A DNA stretch of 63,975 bases, filler included, from Reticulomyxa filosa (GCA_000512085.1; 21 parts of 21 records of this genome joined end to end with filler, not necessarily neighbours in it); one strand, 5' to 3'. Numbered from the whole stretch's first letter, positions 13,859 through 27,196 are shown. Made by a program: numbers and translations. The notes: a model not told the origin generated them from the letters alone.

Positions 13859-15087
13859 GGTCCTCTTCGGGCGTTGATTAGTGACACTTGCGATGAGAAG
13901 CAACAAATCGAGTCGAACAGCTTCTTTGGGGTGCAGAATGGGCTGGCCCAAGCCACGGGCTACTTGTTGGTGGCCGTGATTTACGTAACGGCGCTGTCGT
14001 GGGGGATAGGCGTGTTCATCCTGGTCGTGTGCATCATAACCACGTTCGTGCTCGTTCGAGAAAAGAGGTTGGATGCCGCTTCGTTTCATATGCTGCATGA
14101 TGAACATGGTCGTGGTAACAGTATCGATGACGATATTCGAAGAATGTCTACTATGGGCCATTCGGACATGACAAAGGAGGTGTTTACGGAAATATGGTGG
14201 GGCTGGAGGCATATTCCTGAAACGATCCTCCGTTGCATTTATGTCCACTTCGCCGCTTTCATTGGTTTTTATTGCATGTGGATTTACTTGGCCGATTTTT
14301 ATGGTGTCTCCATTTATCATGGTGAAGCAAGCGCTAGTGAACACACCAAAGAGTTTGATTCGTATGCGAAAGGTGTTAGCGCAGGTTAGATTTTTTTTTT
14401 TTTTTAGGAATTTTTATGCGTATTTTTTTGTGTGTCTTGTTTTTGAAACAAGCAAATTATGCGTACATGTCAATGAGCTTGGTGGGAGGACTCTTCTCGT
14501 TGGGGCTGGAACCATTGACAAAACGATTTGGTGTTAAAAAAGTATGGTCTGCGTGCTTGTCAACTGCTGGAAGTTAGGTGTGCTTGATTTTGTTTGTTTT
14601 GTCTTGTTCTGTTTGTTTTTTTTTTTTTTTTTTGTTAAAAATAATAAATATGGGCGGATGTGGCGCTTATTAAAAAAAAGTATATATGATATACCCGGAT
14701 AGTTGCACTAATGTCACCCCAATATTTATTAATCAACCTGTGGAATTAGCTATTTTTGTGCATAGCTTGGTTGGATTTGGTTTGTGCGCGTCGTTTTCAC
14801 TGCCTTGGTCAATCGTAACAAAGTATTCGCTGCTACACGATCAAACTCGAAGTGGACTGTGGTCGACCATATTCAATTCCTCAGAGTGCATTGCAGAAAT
14901 CCTTGTTAGCTTGTTGGCAGGAAATATAGCACACGCATTTCGACACGCAACTGCAGTCATCATGATGTTTGGAGGAATATCTTTGCTTATTGGCGGTTTG
15001 CTAGTTTTCCGAGTAAAAGATCCGCAACCTGTTGCCATCATACCCGACCAAGAATTTGCTGGGCTCGAAATGTCGACAGCAAATTAA
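13859..15087 (+). CDS. SLC45/SUT-like sugar:H+ symporter (MFS), C-terminal part
   Basis: GPLRALISD motif, DFYGVSIYHG...YAKGVSA motif, many TM helices, GT-AG introns. Confidence 0.8.
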
Positions 15088-15617
15088 TCGGTACTACTCC
15101 GAACGACAAATGGGGAGTTATTCCTTAACTTCCTTCAGCTGCAACTCAACTGACTTTTTTTGCGAATGTATTGACACTTTGATTGTTGGCAACATATTTG
15201 AAAATCATTTTTTGTTGATGAAGGAGGTTATGTTAGAATTCAACTTTTTTTTTGGAGTTCATGTTAACACCATCTTTTTTTTTTTTGCAAGGCTATTTTT
15301 TCTTTTCGTAAGTAGGATGCACATGTCTACCTCAGTGAGACAAAAAAATCATTGGCTGCATTTCACTATTCTCAAAGCGTATTTTCTTTGCAATCTCTTC
15401 ACAGTATTGGAACACTAAAACTAAATCATTTTTCAGACAAAGTAAACTTTAATTAACCTGGAGGGATGCCTCATTGCTAAAACGTAACAATAAATAGATA
15501 TTTGTTACAGCTTTGCCAAAATAAGTATTGAATAGTACATCAAAGAGACGTCACAGACATTTACGTCTCTATTTGATTTATTTTCAAGGCCAAGTCTCAA
15601 ACCTGTTGATTACAAAA

Positions 15618-16606
15618 ATGCTTGTACGTAGCTTCAAAATATTTTCTGAGCGTTTGCGATCTACAAGCAAATTCGTATTTTGTCGGCAGCAAGCACACAT
15701 GCAGACCCAAACCAAAGAGACTTCTTATGAAAGTTACACAAGAGTATCGCAAGATTATGACAAATACCGTCGGGTGGTCGGAGTAGACGTTATTGAAAAC
15801 GCCGTATACACATTGTGCCGGTTGCACCAACTGCAAGCAGATAAATACGGAGGTTTTGAGTCATTACAGATTCTCGATGCGGGCTGTGGAACAGGTAACT
15901 ACTTGCAAATGCTCAACGGTCGTGGATACAAAAATTTGTTTGGGATCGATATCAACGACGGCATGTTTACAAGCTGCTCCAAAAAATTTGAGAGCAATGC
16001 ACATGTGCATTTGATAAAAGGTTCTCTACTCGATTTAGGAAAGTATTTTGATTGTAACTCAATGGACATTGTAATGGCTAATCAGGTCATTCACCACTTA
16101 GATACAGGGAAAACGCGTGAAAATGACTTTAAAAACATCAGACAATTTTTTTCTAATGTTTATCACATTCTTCGACCTGGAGGGTATTTTTATTGAATCA
16201 TTGCACTCCTATTCAAATCGGTTATGGATACTGGTATTTGGATTTCATGCCACGTGCACGTGAAAAAGTGATGAAAAAGTATCCAACGCACGGATGGATC
16301 AAACACCAACTTCTTGGCGTTAATGATTTTAAAAGCCTTGAAAAATACGGAATTCCTTTCAAAAATACAATACATGAAACATTTTTGCCCACTGAGCAGC
16401 ACTTCAATTTGACTGGTCCATTTAATTCCGAGTGGAGAAATGCTTGTTCCATTTGGTCTTTAGCAAATGAAAATGAGTTGTACACGTGCCAGAGCCAAGT
16501 CAATCGATTATTACACAATTCCATAGAAACAGAAAAATTTTTGACACGACAATCCAGCAAACTGAATATTATCGGCTCATCCAATACTTACGTTGTTTGC
16601 AAATAA
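15618..16606 (+). CDS. Class I SAM-dependent methyltransferase with possible mitochondrial presequence
   Basis: ILDAGCGTG, QVIHHL and LRPGG motifs; R/S-rich N-terminus; frameshift in the T run at about 16187-16191 joins the two ORFs. Confidence 0.85.
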
Positions 16607-16794
16607 TTTATCTTTCATTTTGTCTGAAATATTTCATTACATTTTCGTTAAATTTGGTTGTTTGATTTGAATAAGTTTTTTATTTTGCTTTTTTNNNNNN
16701 NNNNNNNNNNNNNNNNNNNNNNNNNNNNNNNNNNNNNNTTAATTAATTAANNNNNNNNNNNNNNNNNNNNNNNNNNNNNNNNNNNNNNNNNNNN

Positions 16795-18001
16795 TTTTTT
16801 CTTTCAATTCATATGCAGTCAAGGATTCACTTCCAATATTAGCTTATGCTGAAAGTATTTTTCTGTTTTGTTTTTTTTTTTCCCTAAATGTATATATCAT
16901 GTGTTTGTGCATATATACGTATATTTGTATATGTACATGTATATTTATATATTTATATAAATGTAATATTAAATAATACCAAAATAGCCCAAAACACAAG
17001 ATGAATGTTCAAACACAAGACTTTGTATCAATTGTTGTGGATGGTGATCATTGCCAGTTTTGTGTTTTGGCTATTTTTTATTTATTCGTCCAGTGACTCA
17101 GCCCAATCAATATTCACTTTTCGTGTTCCAGAAAGACAGACCACGCAATGAGAGGAAGCATCGACGATTTTGTCTCTGTCTCACCTGCTCTGGGATACTT
17201 CTCGGTCCTTGATATATGAGTTCTTCTTGGACCATTTGAACAACGAACCGGTTGAACCTAATGAAAGCGGGCTATTTCATTATTACACCGAGTGATCGAA
17301 GGATAGTGCAGGAGAATGATGACAATGTTACCAAATATCCCCTGTTTCTCTCTCTCTCCAAATCAAACACAACCACAACAAATTCAACAACCATCTGCTG
17401 TTTCGTTTGTATATACGTATATATATGTACATATTATATGTATGTGTATGTACAGTATATATGAAGAAAAGGCTTACATCAAATGTGTATGTTGTGTCTG
17501 CGCACAAACATAAAAAAAAAAAGGGAGAGGTGATGTTGGAAATGAAGCAAACAAGAAAGTCCACCCATGGCACATTTGGAAAACAACTTGGGACGATCAC
17601 ACAAAATTTTGGAAAACGACTTGAATGTGATCAATTACCAAGAGACACGGCAAGCTTCTCGAAGAACGTTGTGGGAAAAAATTCGAGTTCGTTTTTTTTT
17701 TAAAAAAAAAAAGAAAAAAGAAATAAGAGAGTTGTAATAGCATTTTTTTGTAATTGTCTTGATGATAATGATAGTAAGAGATGGAATAAAGATTTGATCA
17801 TCACAGTCAGTGCAACCGTCACGAGTATCGCGACTGTCCCTGCCTTCACAACACTTGCAACAACCAACACATCCCACACACCTACAAATCCCACACAATC
17901 CTCAAATGAGACAATGGGCAAGAATCTTGAAGACGCAAAAAGAAGATTCGCAAGAGGAAAAAGCGAGCGAATACGTTACTCCGGGAGGAGACGACCAAAG
18001 A
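16795..18001 (+). pseudogene. Multi-exon membrane-protein-like fragment with disrupted frames (pseudogene or error-rich contig)
   Basis: Exon-like blocks separated by GT-AG microsatellite introns and a TM-like segment LYQLLWMVIIASFVFWLFF. No frame is open across 16988-17240. Confidence 0.4.
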
Positions 18002-18115
18002 NNNNNNNNNNNNNNNNNNNNNNNNNNNNNNNNNNNNNNNNNNNNTTAATTAATTAANNNNNNNNNNNNNNNNNNNNNNNNNNNNNNNNNNNNNNNNNNN
18101 NAAAAAAAAGGGGGA

Positions 18116-18146
<31 letters not shown>

Positions 18147-18329
18147 AAACAACAGAAAATTCAACAAATAAAAAGACAACACCAACAAGCGGAAAATAAA
18201 TTGAAAGCAGCCATGGCAACAATGAATAAACAATGTTCCGAAAATATGTCTCCTTTTTTTTTTTTTTTTTTTTTTGAAAAAAAAATCCCACGAAATTAAA
18301 AATGATACTAAAAAAGATGACTTGGCCAG

Positions 18330-19549
18330 AGGCTGTGCGCAAAAAGCGAAGCAAGTGGACGCCTCTCTACAGCCGAGAAGGAAGACGACAGAAGGAACAG
18401 GAGCAGGAGCGGACTCGAGCAGCTGGCTGCCCAAAATCAAGTGGTTGGGCTTTGGGGACATCGAGGACGAGAAAGTATACTTGAAAGCGAAGCAACTGGA
18501 AGAGATGTACAAAAAATCCGTGGATGACATGAACTTGGAATTGCAACAATTTCTTCATTTTCAACAGCGTTTGAAACAAGACTGTCAATATCTCGAAATT
18601 GATCGAGTCAACTTTTCCGCTCAACATTTCACTCAATTCCTTCGTCAACATATGCAATTGTTTGGTCAAAAAGCCATTCTTGTTATTTTTTTTAAATTTA
18701 TTTATATTTTATCTTTTTTTTTTTTTTATGATTGTGAAAATTAGGAGACTACAAAAAAATAAAAATAAAATAAAGACATTGCAAGAGCAACTTGAAAAGG
18801 AGTTGAACGAGTTGGAAGGCGAAAAAGAATTGGATGCATTTATTCGATTTACGTATGCGTGTGTATCAATGTCTTTTTTTTTTTTTACGTTTTATTTATT
18901 TAAAAAAAAAAAGTAAAACGTAAATGTTAGCACGGAAGCCAAGGGAAAGGCACAATCACTCATTCCATTTGAATATGAAGCACTCGACTTTCAAAACCCC
19001 TTTTATTCTCTTCAAGATGCCATGGATCTCACTAAGGTTTGGTTTTGTTTTGTTTTGTTTTCGTGTTACGACATGTGACTGAGAAGAAGAGTTGATTTTT
19101 TTTTTTTTGGCGATAGAAAGTGGATGAACAGGCGAAAGTCCCTAAAATTATGACTTCGCTGTGTGATAAAATAATCGACTGTGGGGGACTCAATACGGAG
19201 GGAATTTTCAGAATATCTTCCGGAAGTGCTCAATTGCAAGCTCTACGAACAGAAGTTCTTGTTTTACACTATTCACCTTGCATATTAAACGTGGACATAG
19301 TATACATACTGTGTTGATCTCCAATGTCATATATGAGACATATGACATCCTTTCAACAGTTGATGAAAAATGATTACGTCGTTCGGACGGAAGATCCACA
19401 TGTAGCCGCAGGAATGCTAAAAGAGTGGCTGCGAGGATTAAACGATTCTCTCATCCCAAAAGTTTATTATGACGCTTGCATTTCAACCGCCAAAGATAAA
19501 TCCAGCATTGACAATGACATTTTGTGTGCATTGTTGCGTGATTTACCAG
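18330..19549 (+). CDS. RhoGAP-domain protein with upstream coiled coil, fragment
   Basis: VPKIM...GGLNTEGIFRISS (arginine finger) and DPHVAAGMLKEWLRGLNDSLIP; several introns. Confidence 0.9.
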
Positions 19550-19666
19550 GTTTTTTTTTTTTTTTTNNNNNNNNNNNNNNNNNNNNNNNNNNNNNNNNNN
19601 NNNNNNNNNNTTAATTAATTAANNNNNNNNNNNNNNNNNNNNNNNNNNNNNNNNNNNNNNNNNNNN

Positions 19667-20888
19667 ACACACACACAAAAATATACTACTGTTTGATCTA
19701 CTTATTGGAGCAGAACAAAAACAAACAAACAAAAAAATTGAAAGAGAGTGGAGAACATAAAGAAAGGGGGAAATATTATCAAAGTTGTGATTAATGGATA
19801 CATTGCTGAAATCGGTTTGAACTTGTGTGATTTGTGGAATTGAATGGTCCTGATCTTGCACAGCTACCAGTGAATTTTGATTGGTTGTGCCACTGTTCAA
19901 ATTGTTTTCGATCGAGTCTTTCTTGAGTAGATTTTGTTCAGTTTCTTGTTGTGCTGGTTGTTCCTGCTCTCGTTCTTGTTCTCGTTGTTCTTGTTGTTCT
20001 TGTTGTTCTTGTTGTTCTTGTTGTTCTTGTTGTTCTTGGTTTTGTTTTATGTGTTTTCTTGTCTTTCTTTTGATCCGTTTGCACGTGGTTGGGTCTGTGG
20101 ATGCCAACGCAGGGCTGCCACAGGCAACTTGTGCTGCTTTTTGTTTGTTCAAAATTCTTGGTGTCTTTTGTTGATCCAACCGAATCATGTCATCATTGTC
20201 TTCATCATCGCTGCTGCTCAGCACCATTCCTTTTCAAATATTGAACAACAAACTTAATCTGTTCTTTTTTTCTTCTTTTGCTTTGTTGTGTTTTTTTGTT
20301 TGTTTCTGGTTTTTCTCTTTTTTTTTTTGATAATAACAATGAATATTTATATAATTATATAACATCTTTTGTTTGAGAAATTTGTTTGTTTATTTGCTTG
20401 TTTCAGCGTTTTCCTCATTATCTCCTCTCTTTCAGAGAGAAAATGCCAACCAATCAAAAACCAAAAGAAACCTCAAAGTGGAATGTAAAACGATTGGACA
20501 CCACTTTTGAGAAGTCCGTTTTTTTTTTATTTTGTTACTTTTTCTGGCACAGGGAAAGGAAGAAAAACGAAAACTTGCCTTTGATGCTGAGAGATGATAG
20601 CACAGTTGAGGCTGTGCTGTTGACAGAAGCTAAGGTAGGGAGTTCTAAGCTATTTTCCACTGCTGTGGTCACAGGTGCTACATTTCGTGGTCGGTGCCGT
20701 CGACCCCTTCTTCGATTATTAACAGCATCACTACCCGTACTATTGCTGATTTGCTCATTTTGGTTTATTACCGACGGTGACACTGTGCTGTTTGCATTGT
20801 TACTTGACGTTCTGATGTTCGTAGTCATATCGGCTGTGTTGCCGGTTGGTGGGTTTGGTTGTGGTTGTCCTTTCCTCCGAGATCGCAT
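19667..20888 (-). CDS. Low-complexity protein, N-terminal fragment with (EQQ)n repeat
   Basis: ORFs 20535-20888 and 19619-20227 can be linked through a 32-nt exon at 20472-20503. No recognisable domain. Confidence 0.5.
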
Positions 20889-22463
20889 TAGAAGCTCAAC
20901 GGTCCGATCAATTGCAAAGAAAAATAAGAGATTTTGCTAAAGACGTCAAAGCCAGATCTTATTTGATCTAATACATACGTGACAAGAAAAATTCCAAGAC
21001 GGGTGAACGCATAAACCATTGTTTTCGTTTTAATTCCAAAATTCAACGTTTCTGCAGTTTTATTACATCATTAGAAATAATTTAAAGTAGTGAACAGTTT
21101 GTTATTGCCGCATTACCTTTTAGTTTATTGGTTTTATTCACTCCACACCTCTGTTGCAAAAAATAACAGTAACAATAAAAAATTATTTCATGCTTTCATT
21201 TCGACAAGTATGATAAACACTCCAATATCTTCAGTCGTGCGGTGTAGTTTGGCTTAATCCAAGATTATTAGACATGTGATTTTCCTGCTTTGCACTTAAA
21301 ATGTTCCAAGAAAATAGCCAGAACGTTTGCTGGAAACCTTAAAACAGAACTATTCAAAGACTGAAAATAATTTAGATTGATCTTTTGATTATGAAAATTG
21401 CACTAATTGCGAAACAATATTAACAGTCTGTAGGATGACCCTCTGACAACGAATAAACCAACTTGGCACTGAAACCCTTTTTACTTTCGAACTTCTTTCA
21501 ACTTCACTCGTCAATCTCTCTGATTTCTTTTTTTTTCATTTTTCTATTAATTTTTGTTTTTATTGAAATTTTGCCCACAAAAGCAAACTTTTCGTACTAC
21601 ACTTCAAGAGGCAGGCCCTCTACAAGTTAACTTTACATCATTAATGCTATTCTTAAACCAAACATATGTCCGAATTGACAACGATTGAATTCTTCAAAAC
21701 TTACCAACTATGATATGTAAAATTGTTACAAGAGTAACCAACCGAATTGTATCATAAGAAATGGCTGCAGTATTGTTACTGATAGAACGTTTCTGTCATA
21801 TTATCAAATGTTCTTCCAAATTTTGTGCATGAGAATAAGAAAAAAAATGGCAGATAAAAGAGTGTTTTATAAACCCAATTTTTTGTACGAATTATCGACA
21901 TAAAAATAACCTAAAAACGCCTCATTAAAATAGTAATCAGAAAACTATTCTATTAAGACAAAAAAAAAAATTGCAAAAATCTTGATTTTGAAACATGGAA
22001 TAAATCAAAACAGTATTTAAAAACTAATATTTTGAAGAAAAGTTTAAATAGTTTCACCAACGTTGAAATCAATTGATTTTTTTGTTTTTGGGCGGATGTG
22101 CATCTCACGCAGTGAAAAGTATATTATTCCAATTAAAGATGTGTTCTGAAAAATTGTACGTTTTGTCTTTTAGAAAACGGCAATTGATCCAAAAAAAAAT
22201 TAGAAAAAGATTTGAAGTGATAAGTTGATTAAGAAAAAGTAGTGATAAAAAGTAAAAAGAAATAAAAGAAAAAACATCAAAAAGAAAAAAGATATACGTG
22301 AATAATACTGAAAAAAGAAAAATAATGTTTAAAAAATAAAATATGATGATATAGGAAAAAAAANNNNNNNNNNNNNNNNNNNNNNNNNNNNNNNNNNNNN
22401 NNNNNNNTTAATTAATTAANNNNNNNNNNNNNNNNNNNNNNNNNNNNNNNNNNNNNNNNNNNN

Positions 22464-22854
22464 ATTGGAGTTGGCGTTCAACGAAGAAGGAAAGTCCTCC
22501 AAGCAAATGGGACAATTGGTTTGATTGAACTTTTGAGCTTTGGCTTGGGCGTAAATTTTCATTAGCTTGGCCTTGCACTGGTTATATTCCTGTTTTTTCC
22601 GCCATTCGTGATAGCTGCACGCAACCACGCCCAAAATGACCGCTCCAATTATCGACATTACAATCCATTCTATCCTCTCAGTCGATTTGACCTGTTCGTC
22701 ATACTGTCTGTGGACACTTGATTTGGACAAGTCGTGTTGGTTTTCAATAATTTCCTGCACTACAAGTAGCATCTATAAAAGGACATTGACATTAAACACA
22801 TATACCCATTGATTCATTGATTGCTCAAATAAACAAATTAAAACTATATACATT

Positions 22855-22885
<31 letters not shown>

Positions 22886-23546
22886 GTTATGTACATAACT
22901 TCGAGAAGCGCTTGATCATAGCGCTGCTGCTTCATCCAAGGCGCCATTGTATTTGGAATGAGCCACTTTTCAATAAAGTGGTCCGTGATGATGTGTTTGA
23001 TTCCTTTGCCCGTACTGATATAAAGATGACGATCTTGTATGGAAATGAACACCATCAATCCATTATTACACGTGGCGTCCCCGACCCCCCATTGCGTGTG
23101 GATGTGCTTGCAGTAGTGCTCAGTCAATGCTGGAAAGTCTTTCGAACTTGTGTACGGTGCTTCAAAGTCGTAATTGCGAAACTTTGATATTATCGCTATC
23201 CCTACTTCCAATCCTTTCTTTTCATTACCACATTGCACCTCTTCCATTTCGTTTTTCATCGCCGATATGCGCGCATCGATGTTATTTCTCACTTCCGTTT
23301 GTATTACACGTCATCACACACATACACACAATCTTCTTTTTTTTTTTTTTTTTTTTTCATCCTTTTCAAACACAGCTCAAAACTTTTGGGTGAGAGAAAG
23401 CTTTCAGGATCACAGACAAACGAAGGCACTGGGCCTCCGCATACTTCATGCTTCGTTGGATTTGGAAAGTTATCTAAAGATATCAGAGCTGATAAAGCTC
23501 CTATTATCTGCGCCACGAAGAGTGAAAGTACAAAAAGTCGAGTCAT
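22464..23546 (-). CDS. Signal peptide + TPM (MOLO-1-like) domain + TM helix + start of RING finger; 3' truncated
   Basis: MTRLFVLSLFVAQIIGALSA; FPNP..C...FVCDP; QWGVGDATCNNGLMVFISIQDRHLYISTGKG; TM WIVMSIIGAVILGVVACSY; CPICLEDF. Introns at 23292-23383 and 22773-22899. Confidence 0.8.
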
Positions 23547-24553
23547 ATGCAAATTGATGTATTTATATAAAAATAAAATTTCAAAGTGCCAAAGTTCAAA
23601 AAGGAAAAACGTTTCCAAAAAAATACGTTGTTGGGAATGCGCAAGGTAATGGTGGATATGCGATGACGTTACCCCTTTGAAAATCTTGACATTGCAGCTT
23701 GAACCAGTAGTAGTAACTCAAAGCATTAAATTTTTCTGACGATGTTCAACTTTTCAAACAGCCAAAACTTTTGATATCTTTTTAAATTTTGAATAAAATT
23801 TGTATTTGTTGCGAATGTTTATATTACTTGTAAATTTTGTTTGCAACACAATAAGCTTTGTTCAAACTTTTTTTTTTAAACACCGCCAAATAAACACATC
23901 ACAAAAACAAAAGTACGATCCTACTTTATCGCAAGAAGGTAACTTAGAATTACGATGATTTTTTTGTTAAATTCAAGCAATGGCAGGTATTTTCGCTTTT
24001 TTAATATTTAACCCAGAGGTATGGGAAAGCTAACAAACAAAAATACCAACAAAGAAAAAAATAAAAGTTACACATATCAAAAGAAAGAACATTGGACATA
24101 TTTTAAGAAAATAAAGAAGCGAGTAATAGTTGATAATATAACAATAAAAAGAAGAGAATAGGGGGGCATCGGATGAGAAAAACACAGAGCAACATACAAA
24201 GCATATATGTTTGCTCGACAAACTAACGCACAAAAGTTGAGTTATTGAAACAAAGAATGTTTGATCATTAAGACATTTTTAAACATTATGAAGTGAGTAC
24301 CAAACAACGATAACAAAAAAAAAAAAAAAAAAAGATTATTGAGACAATGAAAACAAAACACATTTTAAGTAATGTATATTAAATTATATATTGAATTATT
24401 TTAAAAAGTTGGACAGAAAGTGTGGTCCCCTTTCCTCTGTTCCTTTCTTTCCCCCCCCTCCCCCTCTATTTAAAAATACTATTTCGTGTTGATAAAAATG
24501 TGCACAGTTTGGAAGGCAGCATTGCGATATTAGACAAGGCAAGCATATAATTT

Positions 24554-25246
24554 TCAAAAGATATCACGTTCTTGTGTGTAATCGATATGATCGATATCGC
24601 TATGATTGGAATGTTGAGTCGTATTGCAGCTGTTGGTGGCATGATTGAAGTGAGTGCGCGCAAGTGACTCTTGTTTTTTCAAGTGTTGATCAAGAGACTC
24701 GAGATCTCGATACAACTTTTTCAAAAAGAAGCGAGCCAAAAAAAGCACAAAGCACTGAGCAACAGCCAAGTGCAAGCAATAGCCATAGCAAAGTTATAGG
24801 CCTCTTTTTGGAATGCCCGGCATGGTAGCGAGTTTGGACCATGAAGCCGACCAAGACAGGTGCCAAGGCATCTCCCAGAGCATGAATGCTGAAGGTGTTG
24901 AAGGCCATGGCCAAGGGTCGGTCTTTGTAGAGGACAGACCATAGAATTGCATTGTTGCAAGGGCCAGTGCTAGCAAAGATCAAAAACATGGCCACAAATG
25001 CGCAAAAGATAAACAGCACAATGGAATCGATTACAAACACGACGAGTGCAAATGGGAAGGCAAGCAGCGACAGCCAAGCCAACAATCGCACTGTCGGCTC
25101 CAAGTAATAGTGATCGGGTAGCCCCTTTATCACGTTGGCTTTCTGCTTGTCTAAGAGAAGGCCCCCGGTCATACTGCCGACTAATCCATTTGCAAGTGAG
25201 CATTATTACATATTTACAAATGATACAATAGTTCATACATGAGTAC

Positions 25247-25280
<34 letters not shown>

Positions 25281-26303
25281 TAAGAAAAAAAAAACAAATA
25301 AACCAGAAATCAAAGTCATTCCGCCAAAAGTTGGTCCCGCAGTCCCACTGGACCATTGATAGGCCTCATTCAAATATTCGATTGCCAACACGGCAAATGT
25401 TCCAGTGACAAAGGTTTGAGTGGAGTATCCCAATGTGATCAACACCCACGTTGGATTGGTGAGAATGCGTTTGGTTTTGACGTGCCACAGATCATCTTTT
25501 TTGCAACGCAAACGCACAAAGGGATTATTTTGGCGGGGATGTGTCGGGAGACATAAAAAAAAAAAAAAAAAAACCTTCAGGAAAATCGATAGGTGTTTCC
25601 TCGACAAATGGTTGGTTGAGATCTTTCAGTATCAACATGTTTCTGGGCGATTTCATAAAGAACAGAGCGCATGCGAGTGGTATCATGATGATACACTCCA
25701 AAATGAACACAGCACGCCAACTCTCATTGTCGCCTTTGTCCGAATAGATGTGCGAGGATGAAATCACTCCACCGAACCCATAGCCAAATGCATATCCAAA
25801 TGGCATTGCCATGTAGAACACCCCTAAGCTAATTTAATTTGTCATTCGATCATATGTGTATATAAAATTAAGAAAAAGTAAATAAATAAATAAATAAATA
25901 TATATATATATATATTTATTTATTTATTTATTTAGATTTTTACATTTCATCCATTAGCTTTCTTCCAATAAAATGTAATTTTTTTTTTTTTTTAAAAAAG
26001 TGTTTAGTAACAAACTAAAAGTGCTCTGTGGTGCGAAGGTGCAATGACATCCACAATGGTCGCGCTGAAAGCTAAAAAGCTGGCTTCGCCGATGCCGGTT
26101 AACAGACGGGCCGCGGTAAGTGTGCCGAACGAGTCGAAGACGGCCGTCCCAAACACTCCGCCACACCACACGAGCATTCCAATGGACGACATTTTCAATG
26201 GCGCAAAGTAGCTGCCTAGCAATGCAAACAGCGGCGAACTCAGACAATAGCCGAACAAATAACTCGATGCCAACATCCCACCTTTTTCCGTGCTGTCATC
26301 CAA
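24554..26303 (-). CDS. Spinster-like MFS transporter, 5' truncated
   Basis: ARLLTGIGEASF, FYMAMPFGYAFGY, SWRAVF and IHALGD motifs; several introns; two homopolymer frameshifts near the C-terminus. Confidence 0.85.
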
Positions 26304-26497
26304 TAGTTGTTTCTTTTATTTATTTATTTATTTGTTTTGTTTAATTTTTTTTTTTTAAATTTTAAAGCAATTATTGATTGGTCACTTTGTGCATTTGNNN
26401 NNNNNNNNNNNNNNNNNNNNNNNNNNNNNNNNNNNNNNNNNTTAATTAATTAANNNNNNNNNNNNNNNNNNNNNNNNNNNNNNNNNNNNNNNNNNNN

Positions 26498-27196
26498 ATA
26501 ATGGTTGCCATCAGTGAATATGATAATACAACGTGGAGTGATCTTCCAAATGTGAAAGAAAAAGATGTTACAAACTTTAAGCAATTATTTGAACAAGAAT
26601 TGAAGTATGAAGTTGTATGTAATTCAGTTCCAAAAATGACAAAACAGGATATTCAATCATTTTTGGCCAAATTAGTTGTAAATCATGATCTTCATGAAAA
26701 TAAAAACAAATATGATGGTTTGATTATAATTATTTGTGGACATGGAGAAGACGGGAATATGTTGGTGTCAAGTGATGGGAAACAGGTATCAATTGATAAA
26801 ATACGATCGACATTTAATTGTAACGAAATGGAGTCATTTAAAGATTTGCCTAAAATTTTTATCATTGATACTTGTCGTGGTGAAAATATTCCAAAAGCGT
26901 ACGAATTTAAAATGCGAGGAAATGAAACTTCATGGGGTCATCAAGACGATGGATTTTTAATTATTTGGTCAACTACAAAAGGACACAAAGTAGCTGACTT
27001 GTCATTGCTTAGCAAAAGTATGAAAAAAATTGTCAAATCAAAATATGAGAGTGGTTATCCGTTCAAGCAAATGCTGCAGGATATTAGGACAGATATCCGC
27101 AACACTAAAAGTGGTGAGTATTATTGTGTAGAGAGTCAAGATACCACTGACTATGATATCATTTTCCAACAAAGAAAGGTAGCACAACATCTTTAA
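26498..27196 (+). CDS. Caspase-like cysteine protease (peptidase C14), 5' truncated
   Basis: DGLIIIICGHG (catalytic His) and PKIFIIDTCRG (catalytic Cys), then a p10-like DGFLIIWSTTKG segment. Confidence 0.9.
   Translation: MMVAISEYDNTTWSDLPNVKEKDVTNFKQLFEQELKYEVVCNSVPKMTKQDIQSFLAKLVVNHDLHENKNKYDGLIIIICGHGEDGNMLVSSDGKQVSIDKIRSTFNCNEMESFKDLPKIFIIDTCRGENIPKAYEFKMRGNETSWGHQDDGFLIIWSTTKGHKVADLSLLSKSMKKIVKSKYESGYPFKQMLQDIRTDIRNTKSGEYYCVESQDTTDYDIIFQQRKVAQHL

Noticed and set aside
19881-20174. Cys-rich metallothionein-like ORF (CSCCSCC)
   Set aside because: Antisense reading of the (GAACAACAA)n EQQ repeat.
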